From Candidatus Hydrothermarchaeum profundi (GTDB lineage: Archaea; Hydrothermarchaeota; Hydrothermarchaeia; Hydrothermarchaeales; Hydrothermarchaeaceae), in assembly GCA_002011125.2 (NCBI GenBank), contig MTMF02000009.1:1640989-1704988 (forward strand): a stretch of DNA of 64,000 nucleotides. The letters run 5' to 3'. The translations under genes and the position numbers were made by a program. Positions 51,455-59,842 of this stretch are shown here, piece after piece; the stretch's first letter is position 1; each line of letters opens with the position of its first letter. The notes under the pieces were generated by a model, which was not told where the DNA came from, made no database searches, and saw only the letters and a program-made list of their open reading frames with translations.

Positions 51455-52120
51455 ATGAACCATTTCATTTCAATAGCGAGTACTATTCTAGCTTTTGGAA
51501 TAATAGGTGGTGGTCTAAAGTTTATTGACGATGCCTTCGATGAAGGAATATTTAATAAAAAGCTAGCTAGTATTACTGCAGTAATACTAGTAATATTGTG
51601 GATTTTTTTATCTCTGAAAGATCCTTACTCCGGGACAATATTATTTTCAATTTTAGCAGGGGTTCTTTTCTCTGGAAAAATAGATAATACAGTATTTATT
51701 GCAAGTACTCTTGCACTCGCTTTGACTACGCTGATTATGGGAGCTACGATATTTTGGATACCGCTGATTATTTTAACTATCTTCGGAGTTATTGATGAAC
51801 TAGGCAATGACTATACGGACATCCACAAAACTCGGCGGCTGATAAAATTTTTTTTTGAACACAGATGCACACTAAAACTGGGTATTCTTGCGATTTGTTT
51901 AACTACATTTTTTCCTATAGAATATTTTCTAATTTTCTTAGCTTTTGATATCTCATATGACTTTGTAGGAATGTATAGTAAAAGAATTAGCAATATAGCA
52001 GAGCCTAAAGTTACAATATTCCTGTGTAATGAACTTCCTTTCCAAATACCTGTAGAACGTGTATGTTTTATGAAATCTGGATTACGCCTTGAGGATAAAA
52101 GCATAAGAATTATTGTATAA
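51455..52120 (+). CDS. Hypothetical membrane protein with Asp-rich loops
   Basis: About 6 TM; KFIDDAFDE, GKIDN, DELGND, EHR, FD..YD. Confidence 0.7.
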   Translation: MNHFISIASTILAFGIIGGGLKFIDDAFDEGIFNKKLASITAVILVILWIFLSLKDPYSGTILFSILAGVLFSGKIDNTVFIASTLALALTTLIMGATIFWIPLIILTIFGVIDELGNDYTDIHKTRRLIKFFFEHRCTLKLGILAICLTTFFPIEYFLIFLAFDISYDFVGMYSKRISNIAEPKVTIFLCNELPFQIPVERVCFMKSGLRLEDKSIRIIV

Positions 52121-52626
52121 ATAATATACTTCATTAGGGAAAAAATTTTTTAATAAAAAAAAGAATTTTAAACCATAATAGATAAATTTTTTAGAATTTT
52201 TATTTGTTAATTAAATTAAAAATTTACTTTATTATAAATTTATAATATTATTAAAAAATTTTATTTCTTTAATTATTTTATTAATAATTTAATGATAAAA
52301 TAAAAAATTAAATTTATTTCTATGTTTTATAAATCCTATATCCTAAAAGTGAGAAACAGTTCACATTAAAGAGGTTTATATCCCGAGCTAAATTACTCTT
52401 TAGTCCTTCAAAGATCGTAACTTTGAAAAGATAGTTAATAGCAGAATAGATTGGCCATATATTAAAAAAAATATTATTATTTTATTTTTTAAGGTTAATA
52501 TAAGTCTATTTTTGTTTTGATTTTTTATAGAATATTTATCTATTTTTTTCAAAAAATATTATAGAAATAGTATAGTAAATATTATTTTCTATAAATTTTC
52601 TTTTTTAATTTAACAATATTTCATTA
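52121..52626. other. Long, extremely AT-rich intergenic region
   Basis: About 500 bp of poly-A/T tracts; central perfect inverted repeat TTCAAAG-N7-CTTTGAA at 52407-52427. Confidence 0.8.
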
Positions 52627-52639
52627 GGAGGTGAAGTAA

Positions 52640-52765
52640 ATGGAGCAAGTATCCCCTCTACAAAGCGATGTTAAACGCCTTTACGAACTATTAGGGGTGG
52701 GGAAAAGAGGGGAAATAAAACACGCAAAGTCCGGTGGGGGAAGAGATGAAAAAAAGTATTTCTAA
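52640..52765 (+). CDS. Microprotein 1 (41 aa; not in ORF track)
   Basis: MEQVSPLQSDVKRLYELLGVGKRGEIKHAKSGGGRDEKKYF*; ideal RBS GGAGGTGA 5 nt upstream. Confidence 0.65.
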   Translation: MEQVSPLQSDVKRLYELLGVGKRGEIKHAKSGGGRDEKKYF

Positions 52766-52892
52766 AAAAAGCTCAAGTCATATTATCCTCTGCCCAGATG
52801 AAACAAAAAAGAGAGTAAATAACTACGTCATCGTAGAAATAGAGGGAACCGGTTTTGTAGTAATAAAACAAAAAATAGACGCGGAGCTATGA
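52746..52892 (+). CDS. Microprotein 2 (48 aa; not in ORF track)
   Basis: MKKSISKKSSSHIILCPDETKKRVNNYVIVEIEGTGFVVIKQKIDAEL*; G-rich RBS; overlaps microprotein 1. Confidence 0.55.
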   Translation: MKKSISKKSSSHIILCPDETKKRVNNYVIVEIEGTGFVVIKQKIDAEL

Positions 52893-52893
52893 T

Positions 52894-53070
52894 ATGGAGG
52901 AGATTATTGAAAGAAAAAAACTTCTAGAGAAATATAGGATAAAAGAACCTGACGAAACACAGATATACTTAATACTCAGAGACTTTGTTTCAGACCCTCT
53001 TCTAGACACCGAATTCAAGAGAAAATTTCCCTCATTAACATCTATCCTGAAGCAGAGAAATAAAGGATAA
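52894..53070 (+). CDS. Microprotein 3 (58 aa; not in ORF track)
   Basis: MEEIIERKKLLEKYRIKEPDETQIYLILRDFVSDPLLDTEFKRKFPSLTSILKQRNKG*; GGAG RBS; starts 1 nt after the previous stop. Confidence 0.7.
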   Translation: MEEIIERKKLLEKYRIKEPDETQIYLILRDFVSDPLLDTEFKRKFPSLTSILKQRNKG

Positions 53071-53084
53071 AATCTATAAAATTC

Positions 53085-55076
53085 TCATTTTTCTATAGGT
53101 ATTCTGCCATCAATTAGCGATTTTATTATCGTAGGATCAGCGAGGGTAGACGTATCGCCTAGATTTTCGTAATCACCTTCTGCTATCTTTTTGAGTATTC
53201 TTCGCATAATCTTACCGCTTCTAGTTTTAGGAAGCCCATTTGCAAATTGTATGTAGTGAGGGGTTGCAATAGGGCTTATCTCTTTTCTTACATGTTGAAT
53301 TAGCTCTTTTTTTAGTTCGTCCCTCTTTTCTACATCTTTTTTCAAAACTACAAAACAATATATCGCCTGACCTTTTATAGGGTGAGGCACACCTACCACG
53401 CCCGCTTCAACTACAGCATCATGAGAAACTAGTGCATTTTCTATCTCAGCAGTTCCTAAACGGTGCCCAGATACATTTATAACGTCGTCAATACGGCCCA
53501 TAATCCAAAAATATCCATCCTCATCAACCTTAGCGGCATCCCCCGTCATATATTTCCCCTTGAACTTGCTAAAGTAAATCTCTTTAAATCTCCTATTACC
53601 TTTATCACCAAATATCCCTCTCAGCATACCAGGCCATGGTTTTTTAATAACTAGGTACCCGCCTTCATTTGCTTCCGCAGGAGTACCATCTTCTTTTAAA
53701 ACTTCAGGAAATATTCCAGGAAAAGGTAATGTAGCCGAGCCGGGTTTGAGAGGGGTTGCCCCGGGTAAAGGGGTAATTAATATGCCGCCAGATTCGGTTT
53801 GCCACCAAGTATCCACTATAGGACATCGCTCTTTTCCTATTACCTTATAAAACCAAAGCCATGCCTCCGGATTAATGGGCTCTCCTACTGTCCCCAAAAG
53901 CCGTAGGCTTGATAAGTCATGCTTATTAGGCCATTCCTCACCAAACTTCATAAGGGTTCTAATCGCAGTAGGAGCAGTATAAAATATAGAAACTTTGTGT
54001 CTCTCTATTATACTCCAATATCTATCCGGATTAGGATAAGTTGGAGTACCCTCAAACATTAGCACAGTCGCTCCAGCAGATAATGGACCATAGACCATAT
54101 ATGTATGGCCTGTTATCCACCCGACATCAGCCGTACACCAGAAGATATCAGTATCCTTTATATCAAAAATATACCTAAAAGTCATATTGGCATAGACCAT
54201 ATACCCTCCAGTAGTATGTATTATTCCTTTAGGTTTCCCTGTAGAACCACTTGTATATAATATAAATAAGGGGTCTTCTGCATCCATAGGTTCCGGGGGA
54301 CATTCATCTTTGATATCGCTTGAGTGTGTTTCTTCTTCCCACCAGTAGTCGCGACCCTCCTCCATATTTACCTCGGCATTTCCTATATTTCTAACAATAA
54401 CTGACTGAATAGAATCACAGTCAGGGAGGATCTCATCAGCCTTTTCCTTTAGATGTATAACTTTTCCCGCATGATAAGCTATATCTGTAGTTATCAACAT
54501 CTTAGATTGAGCGTCTTGTATTCGGTTTTTAAGGGCTTCCGGAGAAAATGCACTAAATACAACACTATGTACCGCGCCAATTCTCGCACAAGCCAGCATT
54601 GCAATAGTCAATCTAGGTACCATTGGCATGAATATTGTAACCCGGTCCCCTTTTTTTACTCCATGTTTTTTGAGTACGTTTGCAAATCTACAAACTTCTC
54701 TATGCAACTGTAGATATGTGAACACTTTACGTTGAAGATGGCTTTCTCCCTGCCATATGAGTGCTGCCTTATTTCTCCGGTGCCCACTTAAGTGTCTATC
54801 AATACAATTATAAGACGCATTCAGCTTTCCCCCTTCATAGAACCTCACGTATGGAACAGTAAAATCATAACTTACAACTCTATCCCATTTTTTAAACCAG
54901 TCAATACATTCTGCCTGTGCAGCCCAGAAGCCTTCAAAATCTTCTTCCGCTTCTCTTTGAAGAGCACGGTATTCTTCAAGGCTTTTTATAATGGCGGTTT
55001 CCCTAAATTCTTTTGAAGGATAAAAAACTCTTTCTTCTTTTGATAAGCTCATTATGGTTTCTGGGTCTTCTTTCAT
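53085..55076 (-). CDS. acs: Acetyl-CoA synthetase (AMP-forming)
   Basis: YTSGSTGKPKG, VGEPINPEAW, DTWWQTE, LPKTRSGKIMRR, LGDTSTL. Confidence 0.96.
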   Translation of the reverse strand: MKEDPETIMSLSKEERVFYPSKEFRETAIIKSLEEYRALQREAEEDFEGFWAAQAECIDWFKKWDRVVSYDFTVPYVRFYEGGKLNASYNCIDRHLSGHRRNKAALIWQGESHLQRKVFTYLQLHREVCRFANVLKKHGVKKGDRVTIFMPMVPRLTIAMLACARIGAVHSVVFSAFSPEALKNRIQDAQSKMLITTDIAYHAGKVIHLKEKADEILPDCDSIQSVIVRNIGNAEVNMEEGRDYWWEEETHSSDIKDECPPEPMDAEDPLFILYTSGSTGKPKGIIHTTGGYMVYANMTFRYIFDIKDTDIFWCTADVGWITGHTYMVYGPLSAGATVLMFEGTPTYPNPDRYWSIIERHKVSIFYTAPTAIRTLMKFGEEWPNKHDLSSLRLLGTVGEPINPEAWLWFYKVIGKERCPIVDTWWQTESGGILITPLPGATPLKPGSATLPFPGIFPEVLKEDGTPAEANEGGYLVIKKPWPGMLRGIFGDKGNRRFKEIYFSKFKGKYMTGDAAKVDEDGYFWIMGRIDDVINVSGHRLGTAEIENALVSHDAVVEAGVVGVPHPIKGQAIYCFVVLKKDVEKRDELKKELIQHVRKEISPIATPHYIQFANGLPKTRSGKIMRRILKKIAEGDYENLGDTSTLADPTIIKSLIDGRIPIEK

Positions 55077-55196
55077 AAAATCACTCCTTTCACCGAGAAT
55101 ATATTCTTCCTTGAATTTTATTTTCTGGTTATTTAAGGTTTCACTTACAAGCCTAATATAGCAAAATTTTTAATTGTCAACCAACCTCGATTAGAT

Positions 55197-56273
55197 ATGA
55201 AAGAATCTGTAAAAATAGGAACACTTTTTGGAATTCCAATCGAACTTCACATATTATTCATTCTTCTTATGGTCTTTGTCTTCGCTATTAGTTTAATTTC
55301 TGGAAGATTAGATATTTTTGTCTACCTCTCACTCCTTTTTTTTACGGTGGTCTTACATGAATTTTCTCATTCACTCGTTGCTATGTCTAGGAATATAAAA
55401 ATAGAGAAGATAACATTATTCCCTATCGGGGGGGTTTCAGCAATGGAAAAGATGCCGGAGGATCCAAAGGAAGAATTTATGATTTCTATTGCGGGTCCTG
55501 GCCTCAATTTTTTATTCGCAGCATTGACTTACCTTATAATCGCACTAATACCTGGCGGTTCCTCAAGGATATTTCCATTCTTTGATTTTAGATTATTTAG
55601 TTTCCTCGACTTGTTAGTATTATTTTTCAAGGTAAATGTGCTCTTAGGAGCATTTAATTTATTCATCCCCGCATTACCGATGGACGGAGGGAGGGTATTA
55701 AGAGCTCTATTGGCCATGAAAATAGGCTTTAACGCCGCCACAGATATCGCAGCAGGGTTAGCTAAGTTAATTGCGATAATGATGTTCCTCTTCGGCATGT
55801 TTTTTAATTGGTGGCTGCTTGTAATATCATTTTTTGTATACGTCGGAGCATCCCAAGAACTGGAATCTATGGAGATTTCCGCTCTTTTAAAGGGGATTAA
55901 AGTAAAAGATGTTATGAGTAGTAAGGTAATATACGTCTCTGAAGATATGAGCCTAGAAGAGTTCTCCGATATAATACTGGAGCACCGACATATGGGTTAC
56001 CCTGTGATTAAAGATGGCTCGTTAATCGGTATTATAACGTTCACAGACTTAGCAAGAATACCTAAAACAAAGTGGCGAGAAATTAAAGTGGGAGATGTAA
56101 TGTCAAAGGATGTAGTTACCGTATCGCCAGAGGATAATACTATCGATGTGCTCACCAAAATGATGAAGCTCGGTATTGGAAGAGTACCCGTGGTAAAAGA
56201 TGGTCAGGTTGTAGGGATAGTATCAAGGACTGATATAGTTAGGACAGCTCAAGTTCTAAAACTCCGGAGATGA
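55197..56273 (+). CDS. Site-2 protease (M50) with CBS pair
   Basis: HEFSH, AGP..N, FNL..PALPMDGGR, two CBS domains. Confidence 0.93.
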   Translation: MKESVKIGTLFGIPIELHILFILLMVFVFAISLISGRLDIFVYLSLLFFTVVLHEFSHSLVAMSRNIKIEKITLFPIGGVSAMEKMPEDPKEEFMISIAGPGLNFLFAALTYLIIALIPGGSSRIFPFFDFRLFSFLDLLVLFFKVNVLLGAFNLFIPALPMDGGRVLRALLAMKIGFNAATDIAAGLAKLIAIMMFLFGMFFNWWLLVISFFVYVGASQELESMEISALLKGIKVKDVMSSKVIYVSEDMSLEEFSDIILEHRHMGYPVIKDGSLIGIITFTDLARIPKTKWREIKVGDVMSKDVVTVSPEDNTIDVLTKMMKLGIGRVPVVKDGQVVGIVSRTDIVRTAQVLKLRR

Positions 56274-56276
56274 ATT

Positions 56277-57113
56277 ATGAAGGGAGAAGCGGCGGCACTG
56301 CTTGCTGCCCTCTCGTGGGCTATAGCATCTGTTCTCTATAAGAAAGGTCTCTACAAGATTGAGCCTTTTCCTGCTAACATCGTTAGACTTGTAATTGGTA
56401 CCTTTTTTGTTACATTCTCTTATATTCTTGTTAAAGGACTAGATTTCCAAGCATCTTTAGAACCTCTACTTTATGTGGTTGCTGGAGGATTGGTTGGACT
56501 AGGGCTAGGAGACCTACTTTTTTTAAAGAGCTTAAAATATGCTGGAGTTTCAAGAGCTGTTCCTATCTCAAGTACTTACCCCTTATTCACAATCCTCTTT
56601 TCTACCGTATTGCTTAAAGAGAAAGCATATGTTTCAACAGTACTAGGAACATGCCTCATAGTGGCAGGGATATGGCTTCTTCATGAAAAGACAGATAGCG
56701 AAAATCAACAATCCGGGATTTTATTTGCAATTGGTACTGCTATCACTTGGGCATTTTCTATTTATCTTACATCCTTTGGATTAAGGTCAGTGGAACCATT
56801 CCTCGCCACTACTATCAGACTTCCGCTAGTACTGCTTTTCCTCTCTATCATATTTTATTCTACGGGCGGAAGGATCACTCCTGAAAAGATATCCTTCGCA
56901 TATTTAGGGATCGCAAGTGTACTAGCTCTGGGAGTAGGCAGTTTTTTATTTCTATATAGTATTACCCTGATTCAGACTGCAAGAGCCACTTCTTTATCAT
57001 CTGTAATCCCTTTGTTTTCTACAGTATTTGCGATAATTTTTTTAAAAGAGAGGGTTACCTTAAGGATGACCATAGGGATACTATCTATTGTGATCGGGAT
57101 TTGGTTGTTATGA
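56277..57113 (+). CDS. DMT/EamA transporter
   Basis: About 10 TM in two EamA repeats (P.F...L.LKE). Confidence 0.9.
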   Translation: MKGEAAALLAALSWAIASVLYKKGLYKIEPFPANIVRLVIGTFFVTFSYILVKGLDFQASLEPLLYVVAGGLVGLGLGDLLFLKSLKYAGVSRAVPISSTYPLFTILFSTVLLKEKAYVSTVLGTCLIVAGIWLLHEKTDSENQQSGILFAIGTAITWAFSIYLTSFGLRSVEPFLATTIRLPLVLLFLSIIFYSTGGRITPEKISFAYLGIASVLALGVGSFLFLYSITLIQTARATSLSSVIPLFSTVFAIIFLKERVTLRMTIGILSIVIGIWLL

Positions 57114-57760
57114 GGCCTTATGTTATTTTAAATGCAGGAATGACCCTTGATGGAAAAATTGCATCAAAGTCCAGAAACTCTGAGATATCTGGATCCGAAG
57201 ACTTAATGCGCGTGCACGAGCTTCGAAAGAAAGTTGACGCCATTATGGTAGGGATAAATACTGTCATAGTAGATAATCCCCGCCTTACAGTACACAAAAT
57301 CCCCGGTAAAAAAAAGGATAATCCCATACGGATAGTTGTAGACAGCAAAGGAAGGACTCCCTTATCCTCAAGAGTACTAAGCGGGGAAGCCGAAACAATA
57401 ATAGCGGTCTCTAAAAAGGCAGATAAAAAGAGAGTTACTCAATTGAAGAAGAAAGCTAAGGTTATAATATGCGGAAAAGATAAAGTAGATTTAAAATGCC
57501 TAATGGAGAAACTTTACGAGATGTCTATAAAAACCATCTTACTAGAGGGAGGCGGAACTCTTAATTGGAGCATGTTAAGTGGAGGATTAGTTGATGAAGT
57601 TAGAGTTGCCATCGCACCTGTGATAGTTGGCGGAGAAAAAGCTGTAACATTAGTTGAAGGCGAAGGATTTAATCTAATAAAAGAAGGTGTAAAACTCGGC
57701 CTTAAGAGAAATTATCCACTTGGTGAAGACTTTATTCTTGAATATGAGGTTTTAAAATGA
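57110..57760 (+). CDS. arfC: 2,5-diamino-6-(ribosylamino)-4(3H)-pyrimidinone 5'-phosphate reductase
   Basis: RPYV..N.GMTLDGKI, AIMVGINTV..DNP.L, LLEGGGTLNW. Confidence 0.9.
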   Translation: MRPYVILNAGMTLDGKIASKSRNSEISGSEDLMRVHELRKKVDAIMVGINTVIVDNPRLTVHKIPGKKKDNPIRIVVDSKGRTPLSSRVLSGEAETIIAVSKKADKKRVTQLKKKAKVIICGKDKVDLKCLMEKLYEMSIKTILLEGGGTLNWSMLSGGLVDEVRVAIAPVIVGGEKAVTLVEGEGFNLIKEGVKLGLKRNYPLGEDFILEYEVLK

Positions 57761-58890
57761 TTACTATAATTCCTACAGCACATATCTCAAAGGAAAGCGT
57801 AGAAGAGGTAAGGGATAAGATACTTGAATTAAAGCCAGATGTAGTAGCTGTAGAGCTTTGTCCGGTGAGGTATAAGGGATTAACCGAAGGTAGAGAAATA
57901 CCTATAATCGATCTAATAAAAAGCAAGAAGTCTTCCTTTGTAATTGCAAACATTTTACTTTCTTTTCTACAAAGACGGCTTGGAGAAGAAGTGGGGGTAA
58001 AGCCTGGCAAAGAGATGCTTATAGCAATTGATACTGCAAAAGAATTAGGAGTAGAGTACGCATTGATAGATAGAGATATTAAAATTACTCTAAATAGGGC
58101 CTTTTCCAAGATGACACTATTAGAAAAACTCAGGGCGATAAAAGAGATGATATATGTTTTCTCGCTTTCTGCAACAGATGTCGAAAAAGAAATAGAGAAT
58201 GTAAAGAAAGAGGAGAATTTAGAGGAAATATTGAATGTTTTTAAAAAAATATCACCAAATTTGTTTGAAACCTTAGTTACTGAAAGAGACGCATATATGG
58301 CCTCAAAGCTACTGGAACTCCAAGCAAAATATGAAAATATTTTGGTAGTAGTCGGAGCTGGTCATAAGCGTGGAATAGAGGACTATTTATCTAATCCTAA
58401 CAAGATCCCTCCCACTTCCAAGCTAGTAGAGATACCCAAAAAAAGAGTGAGTATAGGAAAATCCTTGAAATATGGAGTCCCTGCCTTCGTAATGAGCATA
58501 TTTATACTGGCACTATATCATGGAATTTCTCTTGAACAACCTATTATGAGTTGGATTCTGCTTCATTCTATTCCTACCTTCTTAATGGTACTGTTGGTAG
58601 GAGGAAGCTTTATATCAGCAATCGTAGGCATGTTAGCTGCACCTTTTACCTCTCTAAACCCTATGCTAGCGGCTGGATGGTTTGCAGGGCTAGCTGAAAT
58701 TAAAGTTAAAAAAGTAACTGTGCGAGATGTCTCGGATATCTTTAAAACAACTAGCTTTAGAGAATTGCTGAGAAATAAGGCTTTCAAAGTGCTTTTAGTT
58801 ACGGCCTTCGCAAATTTAGGTAGCTCCTTAGGAACTCTAGTATCTTTTCAAAAAATAATGCTGCCATTAATAAAAAACTTATTAGGGTGA
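57757..58890 (+). CDS. TraB/GumN family protein
   Basis: TAHIS, VAVELC..R, PG.EM, IDRDI..TL, ERD.YM, VVGAGH. Confidence 0.93.
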   Translation: MITIIPTAHISKESVEEVRDKILELKPDVVAVELCPVRYKGLTEGREIPIIDLIKSKKSSFVIANILLSFLQRRLGEEVGVKPGKEMLIAIDTAKELGVEYALIDRDIKITLNRAFSKMTLLEKLRAIKEMIYVFSLSATDVEKEIENVKKEENLEEILNVFKKISPNLFETLVTERDAYMASKLLELQAKYENILVVVGAGHKRGIEDYLSNPNKIPPTSKLVEIPKKRVSIGKSLKYGVPAFVMSIFILALYHGISLEQPIMSWILLHSIPTFLMVLLVGGSFISAIVGMLAAPFTSLNPMLAAGWFAGLAEIKVKKVTVRDVSDIFKTTSFRELLRNKAFKVLLVTAFANLGSSLGTLVSFQKIMLPLIKNLLG

Positions 58891-59300
58891 GAAATATGAG
58901 AATCACAAGCTTTTTTAAATTTTATATTTTGCTTATATCTTGTTTACTGATAGTTTTCGCTGCCTTTCCTAATTTAGCTTCACTTAAAAGTGAGATCTTT
59001 CTATTTATTGCAGTAAGCCTACTCTCCCCATATATCTTTAAGGAAGCCCTTAAGGTCAGGGGAGTAAAAAAAGGGGATATTGTTCTGATCTCCATGAAAG
59101 ACGAGAGCCCTTTTGGATTTTTTATGAAGAAAACTTTCGCAAAAGCAATTTCTCATGGCAAGGTTGGAGATGTTATCGATATAGAATTTAATTCTAGAAG
59201 AGGTAAAGGCGAGATTGTCAATTACGGGGGAATATTCTTCCCGCCTGAAGTGAATCTTCTTTATTATGAGGAAAACTTTGTACAAAGGGAAGTACTATGA
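58887..59300 (+). CDS. Hypothetical membrane protein (2 TM + small beta domain)
   Basis: Coupled (GTGA/ATGA overlaps) between traB and the M50 gene. Confidence 0.7.
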   Translation: MRNMRITSFFKFYILLISCLLIVFAAFPNLASLKSEIFLFIAVSLLSPYIFKEALKVRGVKKGDIVLISMKDESPFGFFMKKTFAKAISHGKVGDVIDIEFNSRRGKGEIVNYGGIFFPPEVNLLYYEENFVQREVL

Positions 59301-59842
59301 AGTTTACATTTTCTGCACGAGAAATCAAAGAATTGGCTATCTCAGCAGTAGTTTTGGCTTTCGTCTTTGCATGGTATATGCATGGGGGCGTACCCCTGCC
59401 TAGTACCGTAGCAGTATCTCTAGTAGGAGTCAGCCTTGCCTTTATCTGTCATGAGTTGTCCCATAAGATAGTTGCACAGAAATATGGATGTTACGCAGAG
59501 TATAGGATGTGGGAGAGCGGGTTGATTTTATCTTTTTTTCTTGTAATAGCACTGGGGATAATATTTGCTGCTCCAGGAGCGGTATACATAATGCCGGGAT
59601 ACTATAGTATAAGTAGGAGGGAGAATGGGGTAATATCGGCTGCCGGTGCCTCAGCAAATCTTGGACTAGCTGTGATTTTTTATATTATAGGATTTAGATT
59701 GGGTGTTATCATAAACGCATGGTTAGCTCTTTTTAACATGCTGCCTTTTCCCCCGCTCGATGGATCAAAAGTTATTGCCTGGAGTAAGCCCATCTGGCTA
59801 ACTATTTGTATAGTTGCTTTTTTTATGATGAGTATTGTCTAA
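59297..59842 (+). CDS. Site-2 protease (M50)
   Basis: HELSHK, AAPGAV, FNMLPFPPLDG.K. Confidence 0.93.
   Translation: MKFTFSAREIKELAISAVVLAFVFAWYMHGGVPLPSTVAVSLVGVSLAFICHELSHKIVAQKYGCYAEYRMWESGLILSFFLVIALGIIFAAPGAVYIMPGYYSISRRENGVISAAGASANLGLAVIFYIIGFRLGVIINAWLALFNMLPFPPLDGSKVIAWSKPIWLTICIVAFFMMSIV

Noticed and set aside
52121-52626. AT-rich region as a replication origin
   Set aside because: No ORB-like repeats with G-strings and no cdc6/orc1 gene in the window
52640-53070. Microproteins as RiPP precursors
   Set aside because: No repeated core, no Cys/Ser/Thr-rich core and no recognisable RiPP maturase, peptidase or exporter nearby
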